From Phoronis australis (Eukaryota > Animalia > Phoronida): DNA of 64,000 nt. Location: positions 208,883 to 272,882 of the forward strand of contig NMRA01000497.1 in NCBI GenBank assembly GCA_002633005.1. Reading direction: 5' to 3'. Shown in pieces: positions 12,502 to 26,600 of the stretch (its first letter is position 1; each line of letters opens with the position of its first letter). A program made the translations under genes and the position numbers. Below the pieces are notes generated by a model. The model was given only the letters and a program-made list of their open reading frames with translations, was not told the DNA's origin and did no database searches.

Positions 12502-14099
12502 AGGAGAAGTCTCATCTCTCATCCTTGATATGGCGTCTGAATATTAAATCAACCAATCCAATTTCATTGTATTCAAGAACGAGGGGGCAAATCAAAATTG
12601 CAAATATAAGAACATACACGATCAGGGTACTCAGAATAATATGTTGTATAATTTTTATCCCAGGTCAGTTTATTTATATTAGCCTTTTACATCGAGAGTC
12701 TTCATCAATTTATTATAACCCATTGTGGTAAGGTGACGTGTACAGGTGTATCAAAATTCAAACTGAAATACTGTTTTCCTCTTTTGTGGGATTCAGATTA
12801 CAAAGAAGGCAGGTTTTGTTATAGTACAGAAATTCTTCTGTGTCCACGCGGCATTAAACCCACTTTACTCTACAAAGACTAAGTTTGGCATAGTAACGAA
12901 AGAGTAGCTGAGTCCTCATGACAAATGATGTCGTATGAATTTCGCAAGTTATTATTTAACTTGCGAGCTCCATGCGACTGGCGTAAGAGCGTCGCATGGT
13001 TATCGTCTATGGGACGTTACCATTGTTTTCCTTTGTTGTGTCTTTGTTGGATATAACAACATAAGTCGCACGAATATCGTACCTTAGTCGGCCATTAGCC
13101 GGTCACCAATACATGTACATTCTTACCATTATCTATATTACAAGAAAGAAAATCAAAGTGAACAATACATACGCTTGTCTACCGATATTTAAGCGACGAG
13201 CTTGCGCCTTAGTTTACCGTGTTGGCGTTATTACTAGGCCAAAAAGGACAGCTTATAGTGGTGTGTCATTTCATGAACTGAGAGAGTTGTCTTGAACAAT
13301 AATAAACTGCCAGTTCTTTGCAAGACAAGAATCATTTCGCATCTGAGTAAGGAACAAGTTGAAACCAATTTTATAGTGGCATCTAGTGGTCTCACTCAAA
13401 AGTTAGTTTCTTCGCCTGAAATCGGGTCTATAACAGCCTTAAATTAGTATATTGTTATTGGGTATTCTCATACTCACTTCAAACCATAAAAATGCTATTC
13501 AGTACAATTCACCAAACAAAGAATGAAGAGCCCGATTTAGTACCAGTGTATAATCTATAACGTTAAAATTTCTCACTTCCACCTCTCATTTATGGTTCGC
13601 ACAACAAAATCTCGAAACCGATCGCTCTGTAAGTTTGAGATCTCTGATCTCTTTTATGACGTCTGATAGTAAAAGACAAATATTATTTACTCAGAGCCTT
13701 TTATTGAAAGTATTAACAAAAATTGCAACAGTAAACAAAAAGCACGTGCAAGAAAACTTTTGTAAAAAACGAGAAGAATGACATGCTACCATAAACAGGG
13801 GTGGGAACGATTCCATTCTCAAGCTTCTAAACTCCAGATATCCTTTTGTCACAACGCCACCTATATGAAAAACCTCTTGTAGTCTTGATGCCTGTTTCAT
13901 AAAAAATGTCATAAGACCAAAAATATGTCTACGTTAAGAACAAAATCTTGACTAAGTCAAAATTCCATTCTTAATCCTTCTCTGTAGCAGGCTAACACTC
14001 TTAGATTAGGCAGTGCGACCCCTTAGTTAGTTGTTTCAAGTCATTAGGGATACACCTGCTAAACTCCCATACGATGCTGCTAAGGGACTTAGAGCATAC

Positions 14100-15030
14100 A
14101 GCCGCAGATGCAAAAATGGAATTAGGGGGCACCACAGCGGTTGGACCCAACTACAAATCCACGTCAGTCGTGCTCTTGTCAGAGGGAATACACCTGCAAC
14201 TTTCCATAATGATCCTCTGAGCCGTTTTGGCGTAAACTGAGACACAAGACTCGGACATAATAAAACATGGCCACTACGTTTCACAGAATACGTCGAATCC
14301 ATCCAAGAATGAAAAAGTCCTGTCGCTTTCGTAATAAATGACAAAATATAAAAGAACTTTGAAGATACAGAGGCAAACATAAAAACAAAAATTGACTTAA
14401 ATTGTATTCAGAGCCATCCTGTTTTCACATTTGTGGGAATACACTTAGAATTTTCACAAAGATTCTGTATCCATTAAAGAGATAAAGTCAAACACACAAA
14501 AAGACAAAATCACCACAAGGGGCGACTCAGATGTCAACTCCGTCCCAAGTCAACGTGCGCCTGTCTTCCAATACGGAACACATCTGTTAGGTTTTCAAAT
14601 TGATCTCTAGATAAAGAGGTGGACGCCAAAAACAGACTCGACAAAGCGCAACAATACACCGAATTTATCCTAAAATATAACAGCATTGTCGTGTCCTTAA
14701 CAGAAACCTGTAAGCCATTACGATCCATTAAAGAACTCCGAAGACACAGAAGCAACCGTAAGATACCTAACATTGTCACTAGGGGGCAGAGCGGTAGTCG
14801 GATCCGTCCGAAGTTCGTCGTCATTTGTCGTCAGCTTCATAAAACACATCTGCCAAATCTCATTAAGATCCCGCAAGGGATTTAGGAGATTCAGCAGCTG
14901 ACACTGGACGCCTAGACTGAGATGACAGAAATATGCACCCAAAAATAAATTCATACTATATATTTAGGTGCACAGTAAATGACGACCGTCACAAGACGGC
15001 TGGAGTCTGTCCGTCGCCATGTCAAAAATG
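14100..15030 (+). repeat. Interspersed repeat with internal subunits (GAAGAYACAGAG...CCACTAGGGGGC), same family as 5340-5570 and 47335-48585
   Basis: Shared subunit text, e.g. 14740-14830 resembles 48335-48425 and 5340-5420. Confidence 0.55.
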
Positions 15031-17254
15031 TCACGAATTCTTACCCGTTTTATAACAGATTTGCATAGGCGTAGGTTGCGGGTTGCAGAGGGTGAGGCCG
15101 TGAAGTTGGGAAGCACCTCTGTCCCACTAAAGTACAATATTTGAAGCACGGGGGTAAGGTACGACTCTACGTGCCTCCCAATAGTTTACAGGCGTGAAGG
15201 TGAAACTTTCGAAGCCACCGGCGTAGGGTGTTGGCAGTCGAAAAATTCAAAGAAAAACACCGTGAAACATGTAGAGGAAAAAAAATTAGAAGACTTTTGT
15301 CAATTAACAGTGACACTAGTGGTTCTGGATAGGACAATTGTATCTGTCGGTTCCCAGTGTTAAAGACTAAAATACATCGAACATGTCCGAGATAACCTGT
15401 TACGCAGCTTTTAAGAACAAAGTGATTCAAATTTTTAAATTCAAGAAAACAATTTTGGGGAATGTAAAAAACTTCTTTCTCTCCGACATAGGATGGTGGA
15501 ATTTCGCTTTTTTCCTTTGAAACGGTGAACCATTCTGTACATAAATTCTAACTCTTGGAGCGCGTCCGCAGATGGCGTCCATGGATTCTCTTTTACTTTT
15601 TTATTGATACCTTTTCAATTAACCCCTCGCGTAAATTTGCCATTGGCTCAATCAGTTGCCTAGGTTTTCCAGTATTTTTGTGGGACAATTTTTTGTAGAA
15701 TCAATTATCACTCTTTTGCAGAGAAAGCCTTTCATATTATAGGCTATTTAGGCAACACATGAAACGGCCAGCTCTCAGAAGGAGAGAGGACCATCTCATG
15801 GATAGGCGGCCAAGCGCAATTAACCCATTGCACTCTATAAATTGAACACTGTCAACTATCCACGAAGGGAAATAGGGAAAGTTCAAGCTGGTTAAAAAAC
15901 TACATAATGTGTTCTGGCGAAGCACAACAGTATCAAGACATGCAGATCAAGCAGCCAAAAACGAGACTACTGAAAACAAAAGGCAAACATCAACTTCCAT
16001 TCTTTCTCCAAAGAATATGCTATACAATACTGTAAATTTTAAAATGAACTTGACAGAATTCGGCAGAACTCTGCCAAACTTGGATAAACATCTTGCCAGA
16101 ATTATTTGTCAGTTTTGTAATAATTTGCTGTAACTTCATCGCGCCTAGCCGCAGGTGTGTCACAAGTTAACTCTAAGCCTACATGTACCTTTCTTCCTCA
16201 GGGATCCATGCTCGATCCTTTCACCAATGCACTCTTCTGTACTACGTTCAAAGTAATTTTTGCGTTGGAACACTAAACATTGCACAGGGTCCAGTGTGCA
16301 TTTTGTTTTACTGTTTTTCAGTTTCGGGTTATTGTTCCGCTGGACGACTTTCCTCAACAAATAAATAAATAGTTTGATTTCGTTGAGCATGGCGCTATTT
16401 CCCAAATTTTTAAGATAAGACATCCCAAATTCTATGTTTCCATCGTAAAAGCCTGTTCTCTGTAACAAGACATTTCTATTATGGAAAACGTTTGAAAACC
16501 TCATTCAAAACGTAAAAGATTTTCAGTAGTGTGGTTTTCGGCGAGTCCTGCAAATGTTGATTATATCGTTTTGTGTCGTATTTTCGGTAATCTAAGGGAA
16601 TATTTCAATATTCATCTCTATCAAAACTATTTGGTCAAAGTAGGAGTACACAAAAATCAGTGAAGTTAAAGGTAACGGTGAACCTTCGCGGATTTTTCGT
16701 GAAAAAAAAATATTCACATATTTTTCAAATATTGCAATCTTCTCAATGTAGACCTTTTGTCTGTTTTTGCTGAACACCCGCCTGTGTGTTTTTAGGCAAA
16801 TATCAAAAGCTACTCTAGACTGGCTTATTTCATAACAGTCTAGCTTTTCCGTTCTAGCTCAGTTAGGGTGAACTTAAAGTAAGGTGAGTTTGCAAATAAA
16901 TATTTGTTGATAACGTCACCTCAATTTAATGTTATCATCGCGTTGTGTCCACTGATTGGATTTCGGTGATAATGATGGACCCTTACCCCGTCAGTGTTTG
17001 TAAAGTGCACATTGATCTTGTGACACAGGATTTGTCGCGACACCTTGTAGGGAATCTGATCTCTTTACGGTAAGCTAGTTTCCTTGAAATGTACACATAA
17101 CGTTTTTGTTGTATGCACGACAACCCCTGTAAATTCTTCGTACAGTTCAAGTTTGACGTATACATGTACATGTATGGGCACTTGGTCTCAGTTGCATGAA
17201 CGCATTTGAGCAGCGAATCGCTTATGGTAATACGTGACACGTTGCCATTGTTGA

Positions 17255-17271
17255 CCAATGGTTTGACGTCA
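17255..17271 (+). promoter_or_regulatory. CCAAT box plus consensus CRE (TGACGTCA) upstream of the FN2/ependymin-like gene
   Basis: CCAAT at 17255-17259 and TGACGTCA at 17264-17271, about 100 nt before a strong donor CAC|GTGAGT (17369) of a probable non-coding first exon. The ATG exon is preceded directly by an acceptor (tttcag|ATG). Confidence 0.4.
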
Positions 17272-17523
17272 TTACGAATTTATCCTACGAATAGATTTTA
17301 GCGCAATCCTGGTCCGTAATAACAAAACGATACACTACACTACCATCTTTTTTCAAACGAAACACCACGTGAGTATCCAGATGACTATAATTATTGTACA
17401 TGTGCCTGTGTTCTCAGAAGCATCGATCTTACCAATACATGTACCAAAGTTAAGTGGGTTATGGGTAGAATTATGGAATTTATTAAATTTTCAGCTTAAT
17501 TGTAAGATTGATTCGTGTTTCAG

Positions 17524-17623
17524 ATGACATTTTTTGTGGCATCCATATTCGCTGGTTTTATTCTCACCGTGACAGCGTGGCAGGGAAACCCAAGCATTTG
17601 TACTCCGGTGCCCTACTCGCCTG
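17524..17623 (+). CDS. Coding exon 1: signal peptide MTFFVASIFAGFILTVTA-WQGNPSICTPVPYSP
   Basis: tttcag|ATG...CCT G|gtgagt; hydrophobic N-terminus. Confidence 0.85.
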
Positions 17624-20600
17624 GTGAGTCTTTACCCTTTGTTCCCCACAAGGTTGCTCACCGTTGTGTATAATGGTGCACCCACAACATGAACTGGGAG
17701 GAGACCGTCACGAAAGAATGATGACCCCTAATCATAGGGGAACGATAATTTATAGCTTACGGCACCGGAACTTCTCTTTTGAGCAAGATGCCAAGAGCAC
17801 ACGCTTAGAAGACATTTTTTTCTGCGAAGCATAACTTTTCATTACTTTCTGATTTTTCACAGCAAAAACCTTCTCTTGAACATTTTCAAACAAGACTGTT
17901 GAAAAGGAGGCACTGGATGTGCTTGATCAAATTGTTATTGACTATATTAGTGCCTTTCCGTTTGTTCACCAATAGATCATCAGTCTTTTGACAACGATTC
18001 TCATGCAAGAGGACAGGATTCTCCTGCCACACGTCATTGGAAATATCAACTCTACTTGTATTTGCTACGTCAAATGTAATCAGTGATAAGTACGTTAGGC
18101 CATGGACATATTTTAAGGTCACAGAAATACGGGACGTCCATTTTCACCGATGTCTATTGGTTGGGAATGTTAGAGTACATGTACGTTCTCTGATTTCGTT
18201 GGTTGGTTTCATTCTGTTCCACAATTAATTGCAGACATCACACAATTCTCTAACCTCAAAATGGATTTTCTTGTCGTTAGCTAGGTTAAGATTGGTTCAA
18301 GGTTCTTGTGCAGAGATTTTAAATCTTGCCTGACTTGATTAGTAAGTAAAAGTGGTGGAAGTAGAACAAAAAGCCTGAACAGTTATTAAGAGTTAACGTT
18401 TATGGAACACTAATCTTCCGTGTTTTTCATTTCCTCCACAGGAACAACAAGCGGCAATGCTGGTGGTGCCCCATGTAAATTCCCTTTTGTCTACAAAAAT
18501 CAGACTTACAGCAAATGCATAATACTTGACCATAACCACCTTTGGTGCTCAACGACCGGCAACTACGACAAAGACCAAATGTATGGCAACTGTCCAGGTA
18601 ACATGGGTTCTGTTTTCCGAGTGTTAGCAGTGTTTCACATTGCAATATTGCGCATGCGTACTTGTATCTACCGGTGAAATGTCGAGTCCATGTTATTCAT
18701 TTTGAGAATTGTGCGTGCATTTTTAGTCATAATTTTGAGCCATATCAGACCAGACAGTGCTCCACTGCTTCTGTGTATACAATTTAACGTGCACTACCGC
18801 ATTAACAAACAATCGAAAAATACACCAAAATGCCTGTTAAGTTAAACTAAATATTTCCTTGCATTAGAGTCAACAGTTGGCAGGAATTGAGGGGTTACCT
18901 TCAACTGAAAGTATCATATTTTGGAACAGCTCTATGGCTTTGATTTATCCTAAGCACCTGTTGATTCGTAATTACCCCGTCGCATGATCTTTGCGACAAG
19001 CGAAATATCTTGGTAGGAAAAGTTTTAGGACCGAGTTTGTAGTGGTACAGTGTAAGTGGCCGCCTTTCAATTCCTTTAAGAAGCGCAATGTTACATGTAA
19101 GTATTGCCATGTTCAGCAATTAAGAGTGAATCCATACAAAAACCAACAGGTGGAGTCTATACCCAAAGTGACATAATTTTTTAAGACTTAGCACATGAGT
19201 TTGGTTTGGTGAGATCTAGAACTATTTCAATTTTTAAGAATTTTCATGCATTATGTTTCCTTTTATGACACGTACCTCCATTTTGCAACACAATCAGGCG
19301 CCAAAGCAGACGTGCTGTGTCACTAACTGAGTGATACATGGTTNTGTATACAATTTAATGTGCACTACCGCATTAACAAGCAATCGAAAAATACACCAAA
19401 ATGCCTGTTAAGTTAAACTACATGTAAATATTTCCTTGCATTAGAGTCAACAGTTGGCAGGAATTGAGGGGTTACCTTCAACTGAAAGTATCATATTTTT
19501 GAACAGCTCTATGGCTTTGATTTATCCTAAGCACCTGTTGATTCGTAATTACCCCGTTGCATGATCTTTGCGACAAGCGAAATATCTTGGTAGGAAAAAT
19601 TTTAAGACCGAGTTTGTAGTGGTACAGTGTAAGTGACCGCCTTTCCATTCCTTTAAGAAGCGCAATGTTACATGTAAGTATTGCCATGTTCAGCAATTAA
19701 GAGTGAATCCATACAAAAACCAACAGGTGGAGTCTATACCCAAAGTGACATAATTTTTTAAGACTTAGCACATGAGTTTGGTTTGGTGAGATCTAGAACT
19801 ATTTCAATTTTTAAGAATTTTCATCCATTATGTTTCCTTTTATGACACGTACCTCCATTTTGCAACACAATCAGGCGCCAAAGCAGACGTGCTTGAATGC
19901 ATTTTACTGGCATATGTCACTAGCTGAGTGATACATGTTTAAAGGACTATGATTGGTTAATTTAATGGCATGACTTTTAAAATTCATTTTCAAATTTGTA
20001 TATTTTGATTTTGTGTGGCAAAAATGGCTATTTTTCGGGTTTTTCACTGAAGCCATTTTCGGACAAATTTGGCACTCTGTAGCAGCCATATTGCACCTTT
20101 TCAAAAACTGACCTTATAATAATTTGTTTAGTCATCCTTTACCTCTCTATAATCTGAAATAAAAAGTCTTGCCTCTCCCGTAGTTTTTGTCTACGAAACA
20201 TTACACCAACTATACCTCGTTCTATTTGCCTGTTCTCATTTGCCTCAACCACCACTAGGAGGACGCTTGCAAAAACGACGTCAAAGGCTTGTTTTTTAGA
20301 GAAAAAGCAGACAGTACTACTAATTATCCCATAATTATGCGTTGAGTCTGTCGAGGGGAATACGCCCATGTAATGATGTTTTCCGTATTCACCACTCACA
20401 CTACTTTAACAGTGACCTCTGACATTGAAGGTTCAAAAGGTAGGTCAATGTCGGCTCGACATCGTTAGACGGTTAGATCATCAAACTTTCGTAAAATAGC
20501 TTTAAACGGAAACACAATTCCTCCGCGCTGTGGGGCCCTCATCCTCTGTCTTTCCTAGCTTGTGGACTCGGTAACCCGATATTACCTCACGCTTCACGCT

Positions 20601-23600
20601 GTTGCTCTTTAATTTTCCTTGCACCAGCCAAGTGAAGGGGGTTCAATGCACAATAACTGTCGTTTTCACAGGTCGAGGTCGGTACGCGGAATAATGTCTC
20701 GTGGAATATTATTTCATGTACGGCACTCTCGTTTTGTGTACTTATCCTCAAACCTAATGTCAACTGACTCAATGGGTAAAAGTCATCGGGTTCAGTTTTG
20801 AAACTGATCACGTAATGCACCCAGAAATCAACTTCTTTAGATTTGAAAGATTTCAGACTTGATTTTTATAACAATTCAAAGAAGATTTCTTGCTTAAAAT
20901 TTCTTTCAAGTGGTCTGTAAACTCTACTCGTCACTTCCAAAGTAGACAGTTTGCAAGACAATTTTCACTAATATGTCAAGTTGAGGCTAGATTTTTTATT
21001 CCTCAATCATCAAGATTTACACTTTAACTGTAGGTTCTATGAGTTACACTAGGTTGCAAGGTGCAATATGGCGGCAAGAAGGTCACAAAAACGGCCACTA
21101 AAATTGGCCACAAAAAGTGGTCTGTGGTCATGTTTAGCACAAAGCTGTCATATTTTACTAAATGACACAGAGATTTATGCACAGTATACGTTGGTTATTC
21201 CTGCCACCAAAGTTTAACTTTTGATCTATTTTGTAAGTTACTTATTTTCGTTGCTCAAAACATAAATTTTGAAGACGTCTTCTTTGCCCAATTGTGCCAA
21301 TTTGTAGTCTCGTGCTACAGCGGCGAAATTAGGGATCACTGAGTACACAAAATTTGGCATTTAGAATTTTGTTAAGATACCTATCCATGCAGAAAAAACG
21401 AAGTTGTTTTGAATTTTGATATATAGGCTGGTTTTTATATGGACTTCCTCTTAATTGTCTTAATGGACAGTCACAACACGTCAACCCAAGTGTACATGCA
21501 TGGAAGCTGAGTCAAATCAGGTTGCCAGAACGTGAAGACACAACGATAGACCACGATCTTTGCCTCACAGACATTAGTTGTGAACCAAATTATTGAAATA
21601 ATTGCTTTTCGTTTGCGCGCTGCCTGTCGTGGCCGAGCGTATCCCAACAGCGTATATCTATACAATCAATTTTAATTAATTTGACTACGAGGGGTACGAT
21701 TTTGCAGCAAGACATAGTTTGAATTTAGGTTTCAAGAGTTACCGCTTGGGAGCACTGTCCAACAGTGCCCATCTTTAATTTATAGTATTTCTAAATCTGG
21801 TTGAAAGCATTGCCACATGTGTACGTGTTAACACTTTCTGGAAACGAGTTTCGTATCACACGGGTCGACTCCAAAACGGACTGGACCTCTCAAATCTAGT
21901 GGTCTGACTGAAGACGACCAGAGACCGATTTTTCACCCAGACATGTGATGACGCTCATCTGTCTGATCTGAGGATTTTCAAGTCTCACCACTCACTCCAT
22001 CACTTCTGAGAAATTACATTTAAGTAGACCCGATGGTTCAGATAAGGGCAAAATGTTTGAATTCCTCTTTAAAACATCATCACTTGAAGTGTAAATTATG
22101 TTGCAGCTACAACTGACAGCAAAGGACAAGGTGACACCTGTGTGTTCCCGTTCAAGTACAATGGGGCTTTTTTCCAAAAATGTATTTACAAAGACCATGA
22201 TAAGCCATGGTGTGGCACTGTCAGTGACGTAGACAAAGAACCAACAAAATGGGGTGAATGCCCGGATGTAACTGGCTACCCCTTACCGCCTTTACCGACG
22301 ACGTTCTCCGCCCGCGTGCAGTGGAATGATTTCTTACAAAGCACGTCAACTTACATGGAAGAATACTATGACGAAGACAGAAACATAGGCGTATTTCAGG
22401 TCACCGGTTGGCTTGGACCTGGAGTGATGTCAAAATACCTGTCGGATTATAATGAAAAGATGTTTTACACAATTCCTGGTTAGTATCATAATGTATAGAC
22501 TGAAGGCCGGCTGCTGTGTAATTAATCCTCACGCCACGCTGCCAACGTAAATGTTGAATACTTACAGTGTAAATTGAATTGCTATTGCTGACATTTACCG
22601 TCATCATCCATTCTTACCTTGCAGAACGCCCACGTTATATCCGTATCTTAGTTGCTGGTTTGTAAACTGCTCGCCTACAAGCAACTAATATAGACATCCT
22701 GGTTTCAATGATCAGGAACAAAATATTTTATAATCGAGTCCTTGCGTCTTGTTGAGGCAGAAAACATTTTCTGATTACTCCCACACGCAGTTAGTCATTG
22801 TTTTCCATCCCTTTGTCCTCAGATTTACAGGAGTCCTTGGATGGCACAGAAACATGCGTGGCAGAGAGTTTAGATTTCGGTGGCAGTACGTTCGAGTTCC
22901 CTTTCAAAGATGTCAACGGCACAGGTTTGTTAATCCGTTCATAGCTAAGATAACAAGAATGCCTAGCTTTGTTTTCACACAAAATTAATTTTGTCACCAA
23001 CTAATTGTGCCACAATATTTCCAAAAGAGAAGTTGATTATTTTCGCACCTGCACAAACTGCCGCTGTCCTCAAATTGTAACAGTTAGCGCAGATCTTCAA
23101 AGAGTGGGCGAAGTGACCATGTATTCAAGTCGTCCTGGTGTTGGAGTCAATGGTTCCGTCCCGCATAGAAATACTAGCAGACGTCTGAGCGAGCGAGGAA
23201 ACTTGAGACGACCGCGAAGGCCGAACACAGTTACTTTGGAATCACGAGATTGATAAAAGGGAACTGTATTTTATTCTGAATAAATTTCACATGAGTTGTT
23301 GATGAATTTCATTAATAACTAAACACCAAAAAGTAAACTGATATTTTTAACGAAACTTAAAAAAAATGATATAAATAGTTCCATGGGATCACCCGTTTTG
23401 AGCGCTCCTTCTAGAAACGTAAGTCATTGTCTTATTTAGCGTGTGGTCAAGTGGCGTTTATCATTGACGGAATAAGAAATTTTAGTGTGAAATGTCGGGT
23501 CACCATGGATGACTGTTTGACTTTTTACTAGTTTGGCCTGATTAATTGGGCCACGTAATCATCATGATGTCGTTTTAGTAAAATCCAGGACAAAAGAAAG

Positions 23601-26600
23601 GTTGACTGAAAGCAAAACAACACTGTTTTACTAGTCATATAACATGTGACATACACTGTAAGTGGTCAAGATCCGATCTCAAAAACTTTGTAATTGCAGT
23701 TTTCGTTTTATGCAACTTTTACAGTTTTTCATGAAAATAAAAATAAAAAATCATTTTTAATAGACTCTCATTTTGAAAACAAATCCTAATAGTGTTATGG
23801 AGAATACGATGAGTCATTTCTGAGAGATGACGTTCCAAATCGAGCAAAGTTTATGCAGTTTCTTCGGGTCCTACGCACTGTAATCTTAGAATTGTGGTTG
23901 TTGACGTCGTCCTAGGTTTCTTTTTAGAATGATTCACTTGTTGTACAGTAAAGGTTGTGATTCGAAGCTCTGCGCAAATTGTGGCATTGTGACTTTCGAA
24001 CCCACCAGCTCCATGAAACCAGCCGAACGCTTAGTTGCCAAGCCAAATAAAAACGCAAAACGCTAAATAGCAGAGTGTTTCAAGCGTATTTTAAATACGA
24101 ATCGGTTTCAGACAAGGTCTGTTGTTTCTTTGAAAAGCTGCACAAAGGTACGTAAGCAAAGGTTAGCAACGTTTGAAACACCGTGACTTTTTGGAAAAGG
24201 TGAGCAACTAAAAATAACCCACCACTGGATTTAACACAAAAAGACAAGAATCATCGTTGTTCTTTGCCCTGTTAGTTATCATTACCTGTTTAAGGCAATA
24301 AGAGGATGATTCAATTTTAAATTTCAAAAACATCTATTATTCAAATAGTTTACTCGTTTTTCTTTCAGATACTATTCTTGGGCCGTTGCATATTCTTGAA
24401 TTTGGCGAGGACTTTCCTCTAATTTACAAAGGAATGGATCAACTAGACAGTCTACCTGTCGAGAAATGGGAGGCTTGCGTCTATTTGCCAAATATGGACA
24501 AACAAACACTACACGTTACCTACTATTTTACTAGTGAGTAAATCTGTCACCTTATGGTTCAGTCATATGGTATAAAGTGTAACCATTGGGTACAATTTAG
24601 ATGAGTTGTTATGGCTCCAATTATCTTTGCAAATTTAGGAGTGGTGGGTCATAGCTGTGGACCTTTTACTAAAAAAAACGAGGTACGTTCAGTGCTGTGA
24701 ATTGTGCATTCGCCGAATTTTGGTACTTCCTGCTATTTTAGAGGGCTTTTGTTTCTCTGAGGCGGACCTTTTTGCCCACTTCGCCAAATTGTGGGGGGTG
24801 GCCTCGTTCGAGCGCCCCGAGACCCCCCTGTGTGCGCGCACGCGCTTTGAACTTGATGAACGTGCAACACGGACGCCTTCCGTCAAAAGATAATTTCTGT
24901 TTAAAACCACATGACGTTATAAAACGAGCCACAGCGCGTTCCTTTGGTCTGTGATTTGTGGGATTGAGAGGTACGGACAGATAGACTAAGGTCAATAAAG
25001 TGATCGAACTTGTAGCAGCTTCAACAATCCCGAGGCCACTCCACCCAAGACATCTGTGCCTGAGTTGGTGATTGAGCATACACTTACACATGGACGACGC
25101 ACTAAAGGGGACTGGGAGGGAGGGCTATAGCCCCCACTTTTTCAGTGCTGCTCCGCCCATAGTGCTAGATGCGACCGCAGGTCGATTAGAAACCCTATTG
25201 TCTCTAGGATTCGTACGCGAGAGTTCCTTTTTCAGCTGCTGATGTCCCGTTTTATCGCGTTAAAAGAGAGTCGGCATCAAAAGCGTCATCCGTTTTAACA
25301 TATATACACATACATGTGAATATTTATTTCCCAGTTGATACGGGCAACTCTATACAGCAGGGTCTGAGTAAATAATCTGATACTGAAATCATTTTGTGCG
25401 GACAGTGTATAGTCCCATATATGTGTTGACCTGTTTTGTTTTGGGAAGGAGCTTTTTTTCCCCAAACAGGAGGAAATCACTGTACAACACTTCTATAACG
25501 GATGCTTACAAACGAACTTAATAAAGCTAATATCCGTGAAATTTACAGGCAACACTACCGTGAATGCGTCGCCGTTGGTGCAAGTGCCAGTCAAGCAGGT
25601 TTTAAAAGGTGGTGATGTCAACGGGAAGATAACATACGACCAGGTGTATTACTGGGCGTACTTTGGTCCTGAGCTTCCTACAGACCCGTCTATTTTCGAG
25701 GCAAGAGGTTTTATAATTTCTTCATCTATAATACTAAAGTTGTCATGTTGCAATTGTTGTTGCTGGAAGGAATTTTTTCTAAAGGGAAAGCCAGGATTGC
25801 TGAAGGAGTTGATAAGAAGGTTATTTTTGCTATGCTTTAAACTCCCGACTTGCCGTCTATCCGATTTTTGTGTGTGTAATGAATGAACATAATTAACAGA
25901 TCACCGATAAGTGACGTTATATCATACATAACCCTATTAGGTATAGTTCAAGTTTTTAGCAAGTATTTCTACTTATGCGGCATTGTAACGCCGCCAAAAC
26001 CCTGAAAATAAATCAAACTTGTCCCCTCCACTTGCTCGAGACTGACACAGCTGACTTTGCGTCACTGGTCGATATGCCTGACTAACCTGACTGTGCATGT
26101 ATGAACGAGCACCTTTTGAACAAGTGAGCGCGACATCTGAGGAAAACGTCTTCGTTATGGATAGATTTCGATAACTAAGATAATAGGGGAAGAATGCAGG
26201 CTTTATCGGCCACGTTCAGAGGAACGTTTTTCTACTTACAAGTTATCAAAGGACGCGTAGTTAACTTGCCACCAAACTCCGCTTGCTGACATCAATTCAA
26301 TGGCTCGTTAGGATTTGATTAAACGGCGTGGAAAAATTATCGTTAGTTTAAAAAATTGCGAAATAGAGGCTAAAAGAAATATAATATAAGAGAGCAAAAT
26401 TTGACATTTTTACATCAAAAGGGTTGTCTCAGGTATAATATTAAAGAGACATGGAACGCAAAATACCTTTTAAACATTAAAATGTACCACCTCGCAACGT
26501 CTAGTACAAAGTAATTCACTTTCTCCTGTGAGGAAATTTCCAGAAAAACTCTGCTGTAACCGCAGAGCCTCTAGTCTCCCTCTTACTTATGATAAATGTG

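Larger units (their letters stand above)
1..16240 (+). repeat. Tandem segmental duplication (~9 kb unit) carrying the Kazal genes
   Basis: 1-7350 aligns collinearly with about 9490-16240, including introns and 3' flank (e.g. 5360-6620 with 14775-16130; 7300-7350 with 16175-16235), with many substitutions and indels, so this is a true old duplication. Confidence 0.85.

Noticed and set aside
18774-19940. Biological tandem duplication
   Set aside because: Near-identical copies joined at a single N, typical of an unmerged allelic overlap; used only as an allele comparison.
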